Shown: one piece after another, positions 50,162 through 62,853 of the stretch
Position numbering within the stretch: position 1 is the stretch's first letter
Layout of the letters: each line of letters begins with the position of its first letter
Assembly (NCBI RefSeq): GCF_026210795.1
Contig: NC_089435.1
Span: 4,774,001 to 4,838,000, forward strand
DNA length: 64,000 nt
DNA from: Rhizophagus irregularis
Taxonomy: Eukaryota
Reading direction: 5' to 3'
Notes under the pieces: generated by a model
Seen by the model: only the letters and a program-made list of their open reading frames with translations
Told to the model about the DNA's origin: nothing
Databases searched by the model: none
Position numbers and translations under genes: made by a program

Positions 50162-52195
50162 TAAGGATGGGCCCGCAAATAATTTCCAAAATCCGCAATA
50201 TTGCGGATTTTGGAGCTGAATTGCGGTTAGTAACCCGCAATTCCGCAATTCTGATTGGCTGATAATTAAATTTTTTTCTAATGATAATTTAATAAAAAAC
50301 ACACCGGTTTTATAAATATAAATTTAATCAAAAAAAATTTTTTAATAAATTTATTTATTTATTATTTATTAGAAACAATAAACCATAATTTCTGAAATGG
50401 CGCAACTGCACCAAAAACTAAATCAAACACAGACAACAATGGCGAACTTAATAATACTAATCAAAGTTCTGGGCTGGAATCTACAAAAAAAAGTGAAAGA
50501 ACGTTAATAAACGTTCTTACATAAAAAAAACATAAAAAACCTTGCTTCCCCCTCTAAAAACACCTACCGGTCTTTATTTCCAAGTTCCAGGCCGGAATCT
50601 ACAAAAAAAAGAAGTAAAGAACGTTAATAAACGTTCTTACATAAAAAAATAAAAAAACCCCGCTCCCCCCTTTAAAATACTCACCGGTCTCCATTTCCAA
50701 GTTCCAGGCCGAATCTACAAAAAAAAGAAGTAAAAGAACGTTAATAAACGTTCTTACATAAAAAAACCAAAAAAAAACCACTCCCCCTTTTAAAATACTC
50801 ACCGGTCTCAAGTTCCAAGTTCCAGGCCGGAATCTACAAAAAAAAGAAGTAAAAGAACGTTAATAAACGTTCTTACATAAAAAAACAAAAAAACGGCTTC
50901 CCCTCCCTTTAAAATACTCACCGGTCTTCATTTCCAAGTTCCAGGCCGGAATCTACAAAAAAAAAAGAAGTAAAAGAACGTTAATAAACGTTCTTACATA
51001 AAAAAACAAAAAAAACTGCTTCCCCTCCCTTTAAAATACTCACCGGTCTTCATTTCCAAGTTCCAGGCCGGAATCTACAAAAAAAAGAAGTAAAAGAACG
51101 TTAATAAACGTTCTTACATAAAAAAAAATAAAAAAACCCCTGCTCCCCCCCTTTAAAATACTCACCGGTCTCCATTTTCAAGTTCCAGGCCGGAATCTAC
51201 AAAAAAAAAAGAAGTAAAAGAACGTTAATAAACGTTCTTACATAAATAAAACATAAAAAAACCCCGCTTCCCTCTTTAGAAACACCTACCGGTCTTTATT
51301 TCCAAGTTCCAGGCCGGAATCTATAAAAAAAAAAGAAGTAAAAGAACGTTAATAAACGTTCTTACATAAAAAAATAAAAAAACCCACTCCCCCTTTAAAA
51401 TACTCACCGGTCTCAAGTTCCAAGTTCCAGGCCGGAATCTACAAAAAAAAAAGTAAAAGAACGTTAATAAACGTTCTTACATAAAAAAACAAAAAAAATT
51501 GCTTCCCCTCCCTTTAAAATACTCACCGGTCTCCATTTCCAAGTTCCAGGCCGGAATCTACAAAAAAAAGAAGTAAAAGAACGTTAATAAACGTTCTTAC
51601 ATAAAAAAAACAAAAAAAAAACCCCCTTCCGCTTCCCCCCTTAAAATACTCACTGGTCTCCATTTCCAAGTTCCAGGCCGGAATTTACAAAAAAAGAACG
51701 GTGTTGTTTTTTTTAAAATGAAAAAAAAATTTAAAATTGCGTAATGCAATTCTTATTTGATTTGTACTATGCTATCCGATAATCTAATCCAGATCATTAA
51801 CTATTAATATCAATAACCGTCGAATTAACTGGCCGGTATATTTTTTCTAAAAAATAAATGACTTTTTTTAAAAAATTTTATTAATGAAAAACCGAATTTT
51901 TTTTACTTTTAGTAATAAGAAGAAATCGGTTTCTTTATTAGTTAATTAAAAAAATTACATTTATTAAAAAAAATTGTTCTTTTTTTTGCGGGCAATCCGC
52001 AATTCCGCAAATAATCCGCAATTCCGCAATTAATTACGAAATTGCGGATCATTTGCGGAATTGCGGAAAAATTGCGGAATTGCGTCTAATTACGGATTGC
52101 GGAATTGCGGATATATAGACTTCAAAATCCGCAATATTCCGCAATACCGCATATCGCAAATATTCCGCAATTACTTATTTGCGGCACCATCTTTA
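50162..52195. mobile_element. Non-autonomous hAT-like element carrying a 10-unit tandem array
   Basis: TIRs taaggatgggcccgcaaataa / ttatttgcggcaccatcttta; 8-bp TSD aaaataag at 50154-50161 and 52196-52203; dense subterminal ccgcaat/attgcgg repeats at both ends. Confidence 0.92.
50481..51684 (-). repeat. Array B: 10 x ~120-bp units, each a 31-nt micro-exon plus a ~85-96-nt GT-AG intron-like segment
   Basis: Minus-strand unit: tag|attccggcctggaacttggaaatggagaccg|gtgagt...G-run...aagaacgtttattaacgttctt...T-tract...tag. Example: exon 51527-51557, intron 51439-51526. Confidence 0.9.
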
Positions 52196-52244
52196 AAAAT
52201 AAGTAAATAAAATAAATTTAACAAATTAAGTAAATCAATAAATA

Positions 52245-52714
52245 AATTAATTTGTAATTCATCTAGTAAAAATCAGAGCAAATTATAAAAATTCCTATAT
52301 AAAATTGAAGGAAGCAATTAAAAATATTATCTTATAATCTAGTAATTGGATTTCAATAAATCTTTAAACTATTTTATAATTTTTAATACCTTTTTTAAAA
52401 TAAAAAAAAAGATATTCAAAATTGGACCAATATATTATGAGATAATTACAAAAAATTACTTTTGCAAAAAAAAAGCAGATTTGAAATTTGAAAGCTATTT
52501 AAATAATTTTTGACAATTATCTTACAATTTATTAATCCAATTTTAAATATTTTTTTTTTTTATTTTGAAAAGAACATAAAGAACATTGAAAATTACAAAT
52601 TAACTTAAAAATTCATCAAAATCCAATTACTGAATTATGAGATAATGCTTTTAATTATTTTTTCCAATTTTTATATAATAATTTGCTCTGATTCTTAGGT
52701 GAATTGTAAATTAA
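52245..52714. mobile_element. Decayed TIR element adjacent to the hAT element
   Basis: aatttgtaattcatcta...aatcagagcaaattat is mirrored by ataatttgctctgatt...taggtgaattgtaaatt. Confidence 0.55.
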
Positions 52715-53643
52715 GCAAATTTAATAAAATTGAAAAAATCAAAAAAAAAATTGAGTTGAGAAAATTTTTTAGTATAAATAGCCAATTAATAACTTTTTAA
52801 ATAAATATTACTAGTGGTGGTTGTTATTATACCAGCATTAGGACAGAATTTCACAACATTTTTAATTCTACCCGGAAATCATTATAATTTTTCTAATAGC
52901 GGTTTGTCCAACCTTTTAAGCAAAAGATAAAAAAACTGAATGAAATAAGTATTGGTAAATTGTCCTAATTATAACATTATTACAACATTTACATAATTTT
53001 TTTGAAATGTTTAAATTAAAAAAATCCACTGCCACATATTATTTGGAGAAATTTTAATTTTAATTCTACACAAGATTTGTAACTGTGTCCTCAAATTTCG
53101 TAATTTATTTTAACAATAATTTTTGGCATGACAGATTATAAATAAGTATAAATATATTTTTTGTCAGTATGTATAGTATATTATACTTTCTTGACCTTGA
53201 CCCTCCGACAACAAGATGTCGTTCACTCAGGACCTCGGACAATTATAATCAAGGTCATATCCCTTATGTTAAGAATTTTCAAAAATTTATTATTACCATC
53301 TTGAATTTATTTTAAAAGATATAAATGTAAAATTTTAATAAAATAGTTGCCTTCCTACTATTTATAACTTTGTAATTTAAAAAGTAATATTTAATAATAT
53401 AGTTTTTTATTTTTTTGAATATTTCTATGTATACCGATAGTATATTTTTTTGCCAAATTTTGTCTTGTTACACGACTTTATCTCTAATTTTAATCAGTAA
53501 ATTTGCATAATTTTGGTATCAAAAGATTCTTTCTTTAAAAGAACCATTTTTTTCTATATTATTTTATAATATTAACTTAATAAAATTATAAGATAAATAA
53601 TGTATAAAGTTTAAAACATAGTCGGATATGACCTCAACTATAA

Positions 53644-54346
53644 TCATCCGGGGTCCTGTTCACTCTCTAACATCTGTGATTTGATGTTGCGCAATGTACG
53701 AAATGCTATAACCAAACAAATCTGTTCATCCAGTTTTTCATTGACAGAAGAGAGGTAAAGAGAAGCAGCTTTCAACTTTAACTCAAACATGGCAAGTGGA
53801 TCTGACTTGCTTTCAAAATCGTAGGTCTTCGATCTTTTAAATGGTTTACTTTTATATTTTTCAACCGGTGGAGTATTTAAAAAATTCCTCAAAAATTCGT
53901 GATCCATACTTTTACATTCTTCATTCCCCTTAGATGCTGTTGATGATGATAGTAATTGTTATCATTTTCACCCTGATCTCCTACTATTTAAGTATATTTG
54001 CTCTTTTAATTTTGAACTAACTGTGAGAAATATGTATATATAAGATTCAAATCATCTAGTTATAAAGAGTCTTCCTCCATTTTTTGAGCACGAGTCACTT
54101 CGTCATTCCAGAAGCTATATGTGTGTGGATCTGAATCTACGTTCTTTTCTGCTACCAACAATCCCTTGTTATTTATTATTTCGTTTATCTCATTTTCAAT
54201 TTCAATACATAATGAATCTATTATACCTTTAACTCCAAAGTGAACTCCCATTTATTTCTTGATCAATTTTAGAAACACATTACGATCATAAGAGAAGGAG
54301 AAACACAATAAAGCATTTGTTTCGAAACTTCCCGTCTATACTCAAT
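53644..54346 (-). pseudogene. Hypothetical coding region, possibly disrupted
   Basis: Two neighbouring minus-strand ORFs (54060-54251 and 53644-53907) with protein-like composition and no recognisable motif. The upstream part from the ATG near 54346 meets a stop. Confidence 0.35.
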
Positions 54347-57300
54347 GAAATTTATACATAGTAATGATAATAAAACTTTTGATCTTTATATATAGGTAGC
54401 ATCAAGAATTTTTTTTTTCCATTTAAAAGAGTAAAGATTACTCAAAATATGAAAGTAAGTTGCATAATGAATTCCGCTAATACTCTTTTTTCTAACATCA
54501 CATCATATTTTAAGATCTTTCTTTATGAATTCAATCAATTCACGTTTATTTGTTACTTCGGTTTAAGATTTTTAAGTTGTTCTTGAAGCACTATTACAAT
54601 ATCCCACTAACTCAGATTTTCAAAGTTTTTTTTTTTATGATTTGAGCAAATCCATTGATCAGATTTTCGTGAAATCATAAGACCAAGTTAAAGTAAATTT
54701 CCATTCCAAAATCGATTCTTAAGCCTATTACAAATCATATAAAAAGTGAATGCTCACTGATCATTTTGATTTCTTCTATATATGCTGATCAAAATCATTG
54801 TTATATTAGATGTCCATGAAAATTTAGGTCATATTTCTCTTCAATCTTATTATATCGGCACATTAATAACTTCATTTGTCAAATTGGTGAAGTGATAATT
54901 TGACACAGCGCAGTATGACGAAAATATGTGCAATACAAATAATTTTAAAAATTACCATTCGATTGAATAATAAAAATAAAAGTGAGGTATACTTGGTTTT
55001 TGTTCTGGAACTTTTGCAGTAAAAGATGATTCGATCAACTATAGAAATTATATGCCGAATTATACAGTATTGCCTAAAAATCTGTGTACTCCTTCCCTCG
55101 AAAGCATTTCATTTATTTATGTTACAGCCTATTCCTTAATTCAGTAAAAAAAAAAATATTTATATATTTATATATAGTAATAATAAAAAAAAATAATTAA
55201 AAATAAAATTGGAAACGGAATTACCAAACTGTTTCTTAAGAGACCAAAAAAATTACTTTTTTATGCAATATTTATAAATTGCTTGCTCGGAACACTCTCA
55301 TGTAAGACTTGTAAGCCCACCGCAAAATAACCACTCTGATACCTTATAAGATCAGGACTTGCGTGGCAACCGCGGAAAGAGATGCAATATCAGATACAGT
55401 GCAAACTGCAAAGTTTTTTACGCGTCGCCATTTTTAGATGGTGATCACCATATCACATGATACCATGTGCGTGACATCTCGTATTGACGACATTTAGACT
55501 TTATTAACTACTTCGCCGTCATAAAAATTCATATATTTCAACAAGTCAGACACCTTCACGGGCACAGATGCCCGCTGAAAGTATAAGAAATTTTTGACAA
55601 GCGGGTGTCAGCTTGAACTTCATACGAAAGCCCAGAATCAGTAGTAAGCTTCGTGAAAGAGCTATTTGAATATAATGATTCCACTGAATCTAGAAAATTG
55701 CTCGAGACTTGCGATCAAAATTTCCACGTTCAAGTTTTTCATCCCTATCAAGTAACTCAGCGAATTGGCAGAACTACTTGAAACAGTCGAGAGAAATCTT
55801 TTCATGTGAATTACACAAACGATCAACCTCCGAGTAGATATCGATTACAACCAAGATAATGCAAAAAATAAAAAGGAATTTTTTTTGGATCCGTCTCGAA
55901 ACATTTAGCGATTTTAGAAGATTGTGACGGTTGATGAAACGGTTGTTTATATCCTTTATATTACACAGTTTCGTAAAGAAACTTACAAACAACCCCAAAA
56001 GTATCAAAATCAAAAAAAGTTAGTATGAAAACAGCAAATGTCATTTTATCAAGAAATATCTTAACTTTCTTACTTCGTTGAAAACACGGATTCTACAAAA
56101 GATCCTTTCGACTTTATAGTGAGAAGCGAATGAAGACATCAAGAGTCTTATGGAGATATTTTGGCATTGATTAATTTTCATATACAATAATTAGGCTCAC
56201 CAAAATGAATTTTCGTCATATGTGTTTTGATCTAGCGGAATTTAACAAATAATGTTGAGACAACATCATGAGAGTGCCCAAGTGTCCAAGTGATAAAGTG
56301 ATGAAGTGGATGAAAAATTTGTATCGAAACAACCTTGCTAAATTTGTATCGCTTTATAGTGTCATCAGGAAAATAACGTTTGATGGTGATCCAAATGAAA
56401 CATATGATGATTAAAAGAATTAGAGCATTCACTTCATTGAAATAGGTATACGATAGTAACTGAACTTTCGTTCTGTTTATTGTATATATAATAAGCCATT
56501 TTTCTAAATGCGAATTTTTATGCTTTAATGGGATATAGGCACAGCTACTTAGATTCGTTTATAAAAATTATTTTTGGCGGAAAATACACATACACTTTAC
56601 ACCCTGAAATTTAATAAATTTAATAAAAGTGTAAGTGGTTTATTAAGGCCAGATTTAGCTGTGTAATTGGCAAAATTATGTAAAGTACTTCTTAAAGGAA
56701 AGAAGTCAATTAACAAGTTACTATAAAAAGGAGAACTTACAAATCTATTGACTTTTTAAATATGGGTATATATCTGTTATAATTATATTTGTTGTTTCTG
56801 CTATGTTTATTTACAAAATTCATTTGATATTATAGGAGGTACCATAGAATCATATGTTATTGATTCGACAAACGGCGAAATTAGCAATTGATAAAGGATC
56901 TTTTCCGTTGATTGTATTAATATTTTCCTATTTTGTAATGATAAGGTAATCAGAATCTTTAATATTAATTTATTTTTAATATAAATCTTTGTATAAATCA
57001 CTTATTCTGTTCTTTCAAATTCCATCATTATTTTGTATTTGTAGCAATATGTTAGGGAAATCATAATGATTGTGAAAATCGTCCACCACCACCGGGTTCT
57101 TATACACTACTCGAAAAGATCGAAAATGTGAAATTTAAATGCAATCACGCCACAGCTCAAATTATTATTGAAACAAAGATTTTTGATATGAACTAGAATA
57201 TTTAGCAAAGTAATTGATTGTTCACACTTATATGATTTTTTTCCCGGATGCATCACAGATATTGACATGATGACACAGTGTTTGGTATGACCTTCGCAAA

Positions 57301-57520
57301 CATGGTTTAACCAAAGGTGATCGTCCCTGTCTTTTATTTCACAATCTCCATTATTTACATTTTTATATAAACAACTATGTGGAATTTTAAACTTGATTTT
57401 TAACATTATTAAATTCCGTATAATTGGATGGAAGTTATTATAAATTTTTTATTAATTTGAGCTATTTGAACTTATGAAAGAGGCGATGCTTTAAAGTAAA
57501 TCTGTTATGAAAAGCTGAAA

Positions 57521-57970
57521 TATAATAGCTATGAATAATCTTAGTAATGAGTATGAATTATATATAGTATATTATAATTAGATTACTTCTAATATTTTAA
57601 TATTATAAAGTCTTAGATGGAAACATTTTTACAAGCATATTAAACTTAAAATACTTCCCAATCTCTTCCCTAATTAATCCATCATGCAAAAACCAAATCG
57701 GCATCGTTTTACAAAAGCAAGAATTTTCTTATTATATTATTAATTAACAATTATTTTTCATTTCATGTATTCATATAATAGCTATGAATAATCTTGGAAT
57801 ATGGATTATATACAGTATATTGAAATTAGATTATCTCTATGTTTATTAAATCTTAAATGTAAACCTTTTTACAAGCATATTAAACTTACAAATACTTCCC
57901 CTCTTCTCTAATTTGACTCCACGATTTACATCAAATTCCCTTTCTTCTTAATTATTTTTCATTTCATGTA
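57521..57970 (+). repeat. Diverged direct tandem duplication (~250-bp period)
   Basis: tataatagctatgaataatctt, acaagcatattaaactta and attatttttcatttcatgta each occur twice in the same order (starting 57521 and ~57775). Confidence 0.8.
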
Positions 57971-59699
57971 CAGTATTCATTTATTTTTTTTTTGAAAAAA
58001 AAAAATAAATAAGTTTTGTAGTATAACATAAACATTTTTAACCTTACAATTTTCTACTGTCATTTAGCCATGCAATGTTATGGTGAAAATCATAATTAAT
58101 TTATGCTTATAGATTATTTGTCATATTAATTGGCGTTTACTATTATAAATCATTCTTTCATTCTTTATCAATAATGAAATAGAAAGGATCCTCAGAAAAT
58201 TCGGAATGAGGTGAACTCTACAACTTTTCTTAACATTATTGTTATCGTCATATGAAACATATACTACTAAAACTTTACATGCGCATTATCAGTCACGTCA
58301 CGTGCATTTTTCACGCATCAGTGTTTTGACTACGAACGCTTTTAATTTAACACATGTAAATAGTTTTAAATAATTCTGGCTATTCTTTGTTCTGCCACCT
58401 TAATGTTATTTGTACGCTTATTATTTTGATCTCGATATCGTTGTTAAGCCCTGATCTTAAACCTGATTGGTCCTTACACGCGCGCAAATATATGTACAAT
58501 CTACTGTACTAGCTGACTAGCACATTACTCGATTAATTCATGACAAACTGATTGAAGAAGTGCATCGCCGCATTTTTTCTCTTCACTTCTCGACACAAGG
58601 AATTAATGATGTATGTATATACTTTATAAAAATCACTATAAATTGTTAATCTGAACCCGGATAAATTCTTTTTTTCCAGATATCCGGATAGTTACGGAGT
58701 ACGGACTTACGGCTTTACCTGCGATTTCGGATTTTTTAATGGGAAAATGCCTCCTATTTCAAGACAATTAAAAAAAAGCACGTGAAATACAAGTTCAAAA
58801 TCAAAAGAAAATCTAAAAGATTCCCTTAAGGATGGCCTTAAAGAAATTCGTTCCCCAAAGAAAAAAAATCAAGAGAAGTTCTTTCAGAGATGCAAGAAAA
58901 TCAATTAAATGAGATTCGGACATCACATCTCTTTGAAAAAATGTTTGGTAAATGAAATTTAAATATTTGTATACGAGATTAATACATTTTTTCAAAATTA
59001 TGATATTACTTAATTATAAATATAGGTATCAAATTTACAAAAAATCTGTAATAGTAAAATTGCATGAGACTATACATATATTTGATTTTATTAGTCCATT
59101 GACCACGTCCTGCTTCTAATAATAAATATCCTTACAATATAATCTATTGTATACAAATAGTATACAAATATAAAATGATACATAATAAAATAATATAATG
59201 AAAATAATAAAAATAATTAAACTAACGAATTCTATATCAAAAATAAATAACAATCATTTCATAGGACGGAATGATCAACCAGTTACTGCACAATATCATA
59301 AATTCTTGTGCAACATCGAGATTCTTTGATTTGAAATTCATTTTTTTTTTAGAAGCTTGCTTCGCAAGAAATTCGTTACTAAATCATTTCAATTTCATAT
59401 CTTATGTCATGTATTTATTTTCATTCCTTGTGAAGTTTTATTAAATAATTCCTAACATGCATTAAGTTTAGCGAAAATAATAAACAGGTCAAATAAAATT
59501 TCACGTAACTAGCAAACATATAGCAAATACTAGTAATTAAGCTTTATTTATTACACGATAAACAATTGATTTAAAACCGATTTGATATTTTCTTAATATG
59601 ATAAAATAAAAAAAAACCCTATATTCTATATGCAAATCTCTAAACGAGCAAAATATCCGTCCGCTAAATTTATTATCACCGATGGACTAAATTTAGAAT

Positions 59700-61140
59700 G
59701 TGACAATAAAATATTGTTAATTAAAATATTATTTTATCTATTATCATTTTTACTATCACTATTATCATCTTCAACATTATTATTTCTGACCAATGACGTC
59801 ATTGCTTTTGTTCTTATCTTTTGTTTTAATTCTTGCTTAATATCTCGTAGAACATCTTGTTTCATTTGTTCAATAACATTTTCATCGATATATGATAAAT
59901 TTCCTTGTCTAATATTTAAATAATTTCATTATCTTTTCCTAGTTCACGTGTCGTTCCTTCACTTCCTTGTTGAATATTATAATTTGGTAAATTTGGTGTA
60001 AATTCTTGTTCATGGTTCGAAATTATTACATTATTCAGTCCAGAAGTAAATTCTTTTTTTTTATTTTACACCTTCTTACTAAAAAAAAGCATAAACTAAC
60101 TAGAAAAGTTAAAATTAAACCACCAAGTATCCCTCAGCAACTATCATTTTAAATTCTGTTGCTACCGTTGATTCTACTTCTGATACATTTGCTGCTACCG
60201 CTGTTGTTGTTGTGATTATTACGGTTTTAGTTGTTGCATATGTTGGTAGAGCTTGAGCTGGTAGAGCTGGACTGCCACTCTGTAATTACAATATATTCTT
60301 AGAGCATTTCCATGTATGATTCCATGATTCAACTTCTAAATGACACCTCACGCATTTGTTAGATTTAATCCCAACTTTCCTTTAGCTATAAAATATCATA
60401 AATTGGTAATGTTTAAAGGGTCTAAAGGCTCGTACTTTGTATCTAACTCGTTCGTTGAGAATTTATTAGTTGAAATTCCATTCTTAATTAATTTGAATGT
60501 AAGCGCCCATTCTATATTGTAACAGATACTCATAACAAAATAAATTTGTTAATTGATCTAGCATTAAGATCTCCACCTTATTAGCGATATATGTTGGATT
60601 TTTCGCCCCCCACTGTTCATAACAACTGTAAATAATGTTAATATTATTCCATTTTAAATTAAACTCATCTAGTATACTGTTCCATATTATCCATATATCT
60701 TCTAAATTAAGATATTCTTCATATAACTCTTTCTTCATATCTTCCATTTTAATATTATAATCTTCATCCTTATATTTAAATGACGTTAAGAAAAAAACCT
60801 GTAACTTTTTTTCTTCTATCAATTGCTTCGAAATTTTAATAACATATAATTTTGTAATCAATTTCTTTTCTAGATCATTATAGGGAATATGAACTTTTCA
60901 TTAATTATAATTCATATAAATGTCACTTTTAAACTTTTGGTGCTATATGGGATATTCTCTCATTAAATTACATATATTTATAAATTTAATCGCTAAAGCC
61001 TAGCTATGAAATTACTTATTCTAGGCCTCTATAATTATAGATAAATCTGCTTTTGATACGTTTGTATCAAATGGAGTGGTCATCCACACATCATAATCCA
61101 TTGACGAATAATTACAATTCAATGATGCCAATATCCATGG
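59700..61140 (-). pseudogene. Intronless decayed coding remnant of unknown origin
   Basis: ORF 60484-60861 plus flanking protein-like frames broken by stops and frameshifts; no diagnostic motif recognised. Confidence 0.3.
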
Positions 61141-62114
61141 CGTTTGATAAAAAATATTATAATTAAATCGGTAGTATATAAATTAAAACAGATAAATTTG
61201 GACAATAAGAAAATGAATAAATACCAGTATTTATATTTACCCTTAGGTGGCACTTTCTTGGTGTACAGAAAGAATAATGTTATAATTGCAGGATTACAAG
61301 AATATATAATTGATAATGTTGATAGTCTGTTGCAAGTTAAATATTGTTTGGAACACCAGTTTGTTATATTTTTCCTAAAGTAAATGGTTTAACACACTTT
61401 AATGTTATATGTTGATATATTTAGGCAGTAGTGGAGTGCTACTCATTTAACACTATTCTTGTGACTGATAGAAAGATAGATGATTCTCCGATTATTATCA
61501 ATGGTGGTTAATTCACAAACCATCATCTAAAAAAAAGAAACAAGTGAGTCTAAACAACATGAATGTTTGGGCAGCAAAACCTTGACACACAATTTATTTG
61601 TTGAAAACAGAGATAGATGTTCATAGTAAGCAGTCTAAGACCACATAACTGTGGCCACGATGAGCTTCTATGCTAGAGCTCTAAATCCAATGAAAATATA
61701 TCCATGACAAGATATCACAGTGTTTGAGGCTGATAATTTGTTCCTCCTTTAGAAAAATAGACCTCACATGACCCGTGAGGAAGGTTCATAATTATTCCTC
61801 CTGTAAATGAATAGAACAATAGTCCTCACATCATTGTCATGCTATGGTGGTCTGGATTTTCCTTCTCAAACAGCATGAAATTTAAAGATAAATAGTACCT
61901 TAATTAAAACTGATCATTATGATTCTTCAAGTCCAACCAAAAAAAAGATTTTCAGAGCTAAAAGATGGTGAGATCTTTTGTTCGCCTCCTTCACTCGTTC
62001 TTAATTTCACTGTTTCGTCACTTCCTCCCCTCTTTGGTTGTTGGTGCCATATGAAGTGACGCCTGGGGAGAGTTGCGTAGCATAAAACCACAGGCTTGAA
62101 ACGTTAGTTGGGTA

Positions 62115-62853
62115 AGCCCTGTAAAAAATCTGATCCGTGTTTTATCTTTCCATGTTTTTTCCGTGAATGTATCATTTTAATTATAGCCTTAAATCATGGA
62201 AATTTTCATCTCGCTAACACGGATATCCGTGAATGTATCATTTTCACGGAATTTTTACGGAATACACGGAGAAATAATGGAAATATTCGGATAAAAATTT
62301 TTTATAGGGAAGTTATTTGAAGTAGGACGTGGTATACTGTTTGTTTTAAATTTGTTTTTTTTATAATTAAGTATTTCAAAATTTTCCATATAATTTATAC
62401 TATAGATTTAATTGTTAAACGTGTAAAATGCGAAACGCGTTAATCAAAAAATGAAGTCATTTCAGACCTATATGATAACTACTTAAAATTAGAAAAATTT
62501 ACTAATTGCCCAAAGAGTGTCGTTATAGCGGGCAGCACTTGTACCATAATTTTTAATTAATAAATTTCACAATTACAAAAAAGCTTCAAGTACTTTTTTA
62601 ATGTAAAACATATCCAATTATTGGCTCCCATTCCCTAAAATCAGTAAAACGCTTGCTTCAGCACTCTTAGAAGAAATTAGTACATGTATCATCAGTAAAT
62701 TTTTGAAGAGCACCAAGTTATCCCCTCTAATGGATTTTATATCCCTAAACTATGGAAATTATCCAAGTTACTTATATATTTTGTTATTTTTTCGTAAATT
62801 TATCATATTTACGGAGTTTTTACAGAAATTACGGATAAAGTTTTTTACAGGCT
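62115..62853. mobile_element. Non-autonomous TIR element with tccgt/acgga subterminal repeats
   Basis: agccctgtaaaaaa.ctgatccgt...acggataaagttttttacaggct, with repeated tccgtgaatgtatcatttt and tttacgga inside the ends. Confidence 0.7.

Noticed and set aside
50599..50811. ORFs 50599-50811 and 26527-26763 as proteins
   Set aside because: Unspliced read-through of repeat units made of T-tracts and intron-like sequence.
50481..51684. CRISPR array interpretation of the palindromic repeat arrays (also 26045-26862)
   Set aside because: Eukaryotic context and no cas genes. The sequences between palindromes are homologous to each other rather than unique spacers.
55560..56100. Coding-like segment after an ATG near 55568, and a similar one at ~58530-58900
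   Set aside because: Stops in all frames and no recognisable domain; no product can be supported.
61960..62110. Possible hammerhead ribozyme (stem followed by GAAAC on the minus strand)
   Set aside because: No CUGANGA core in the required position.
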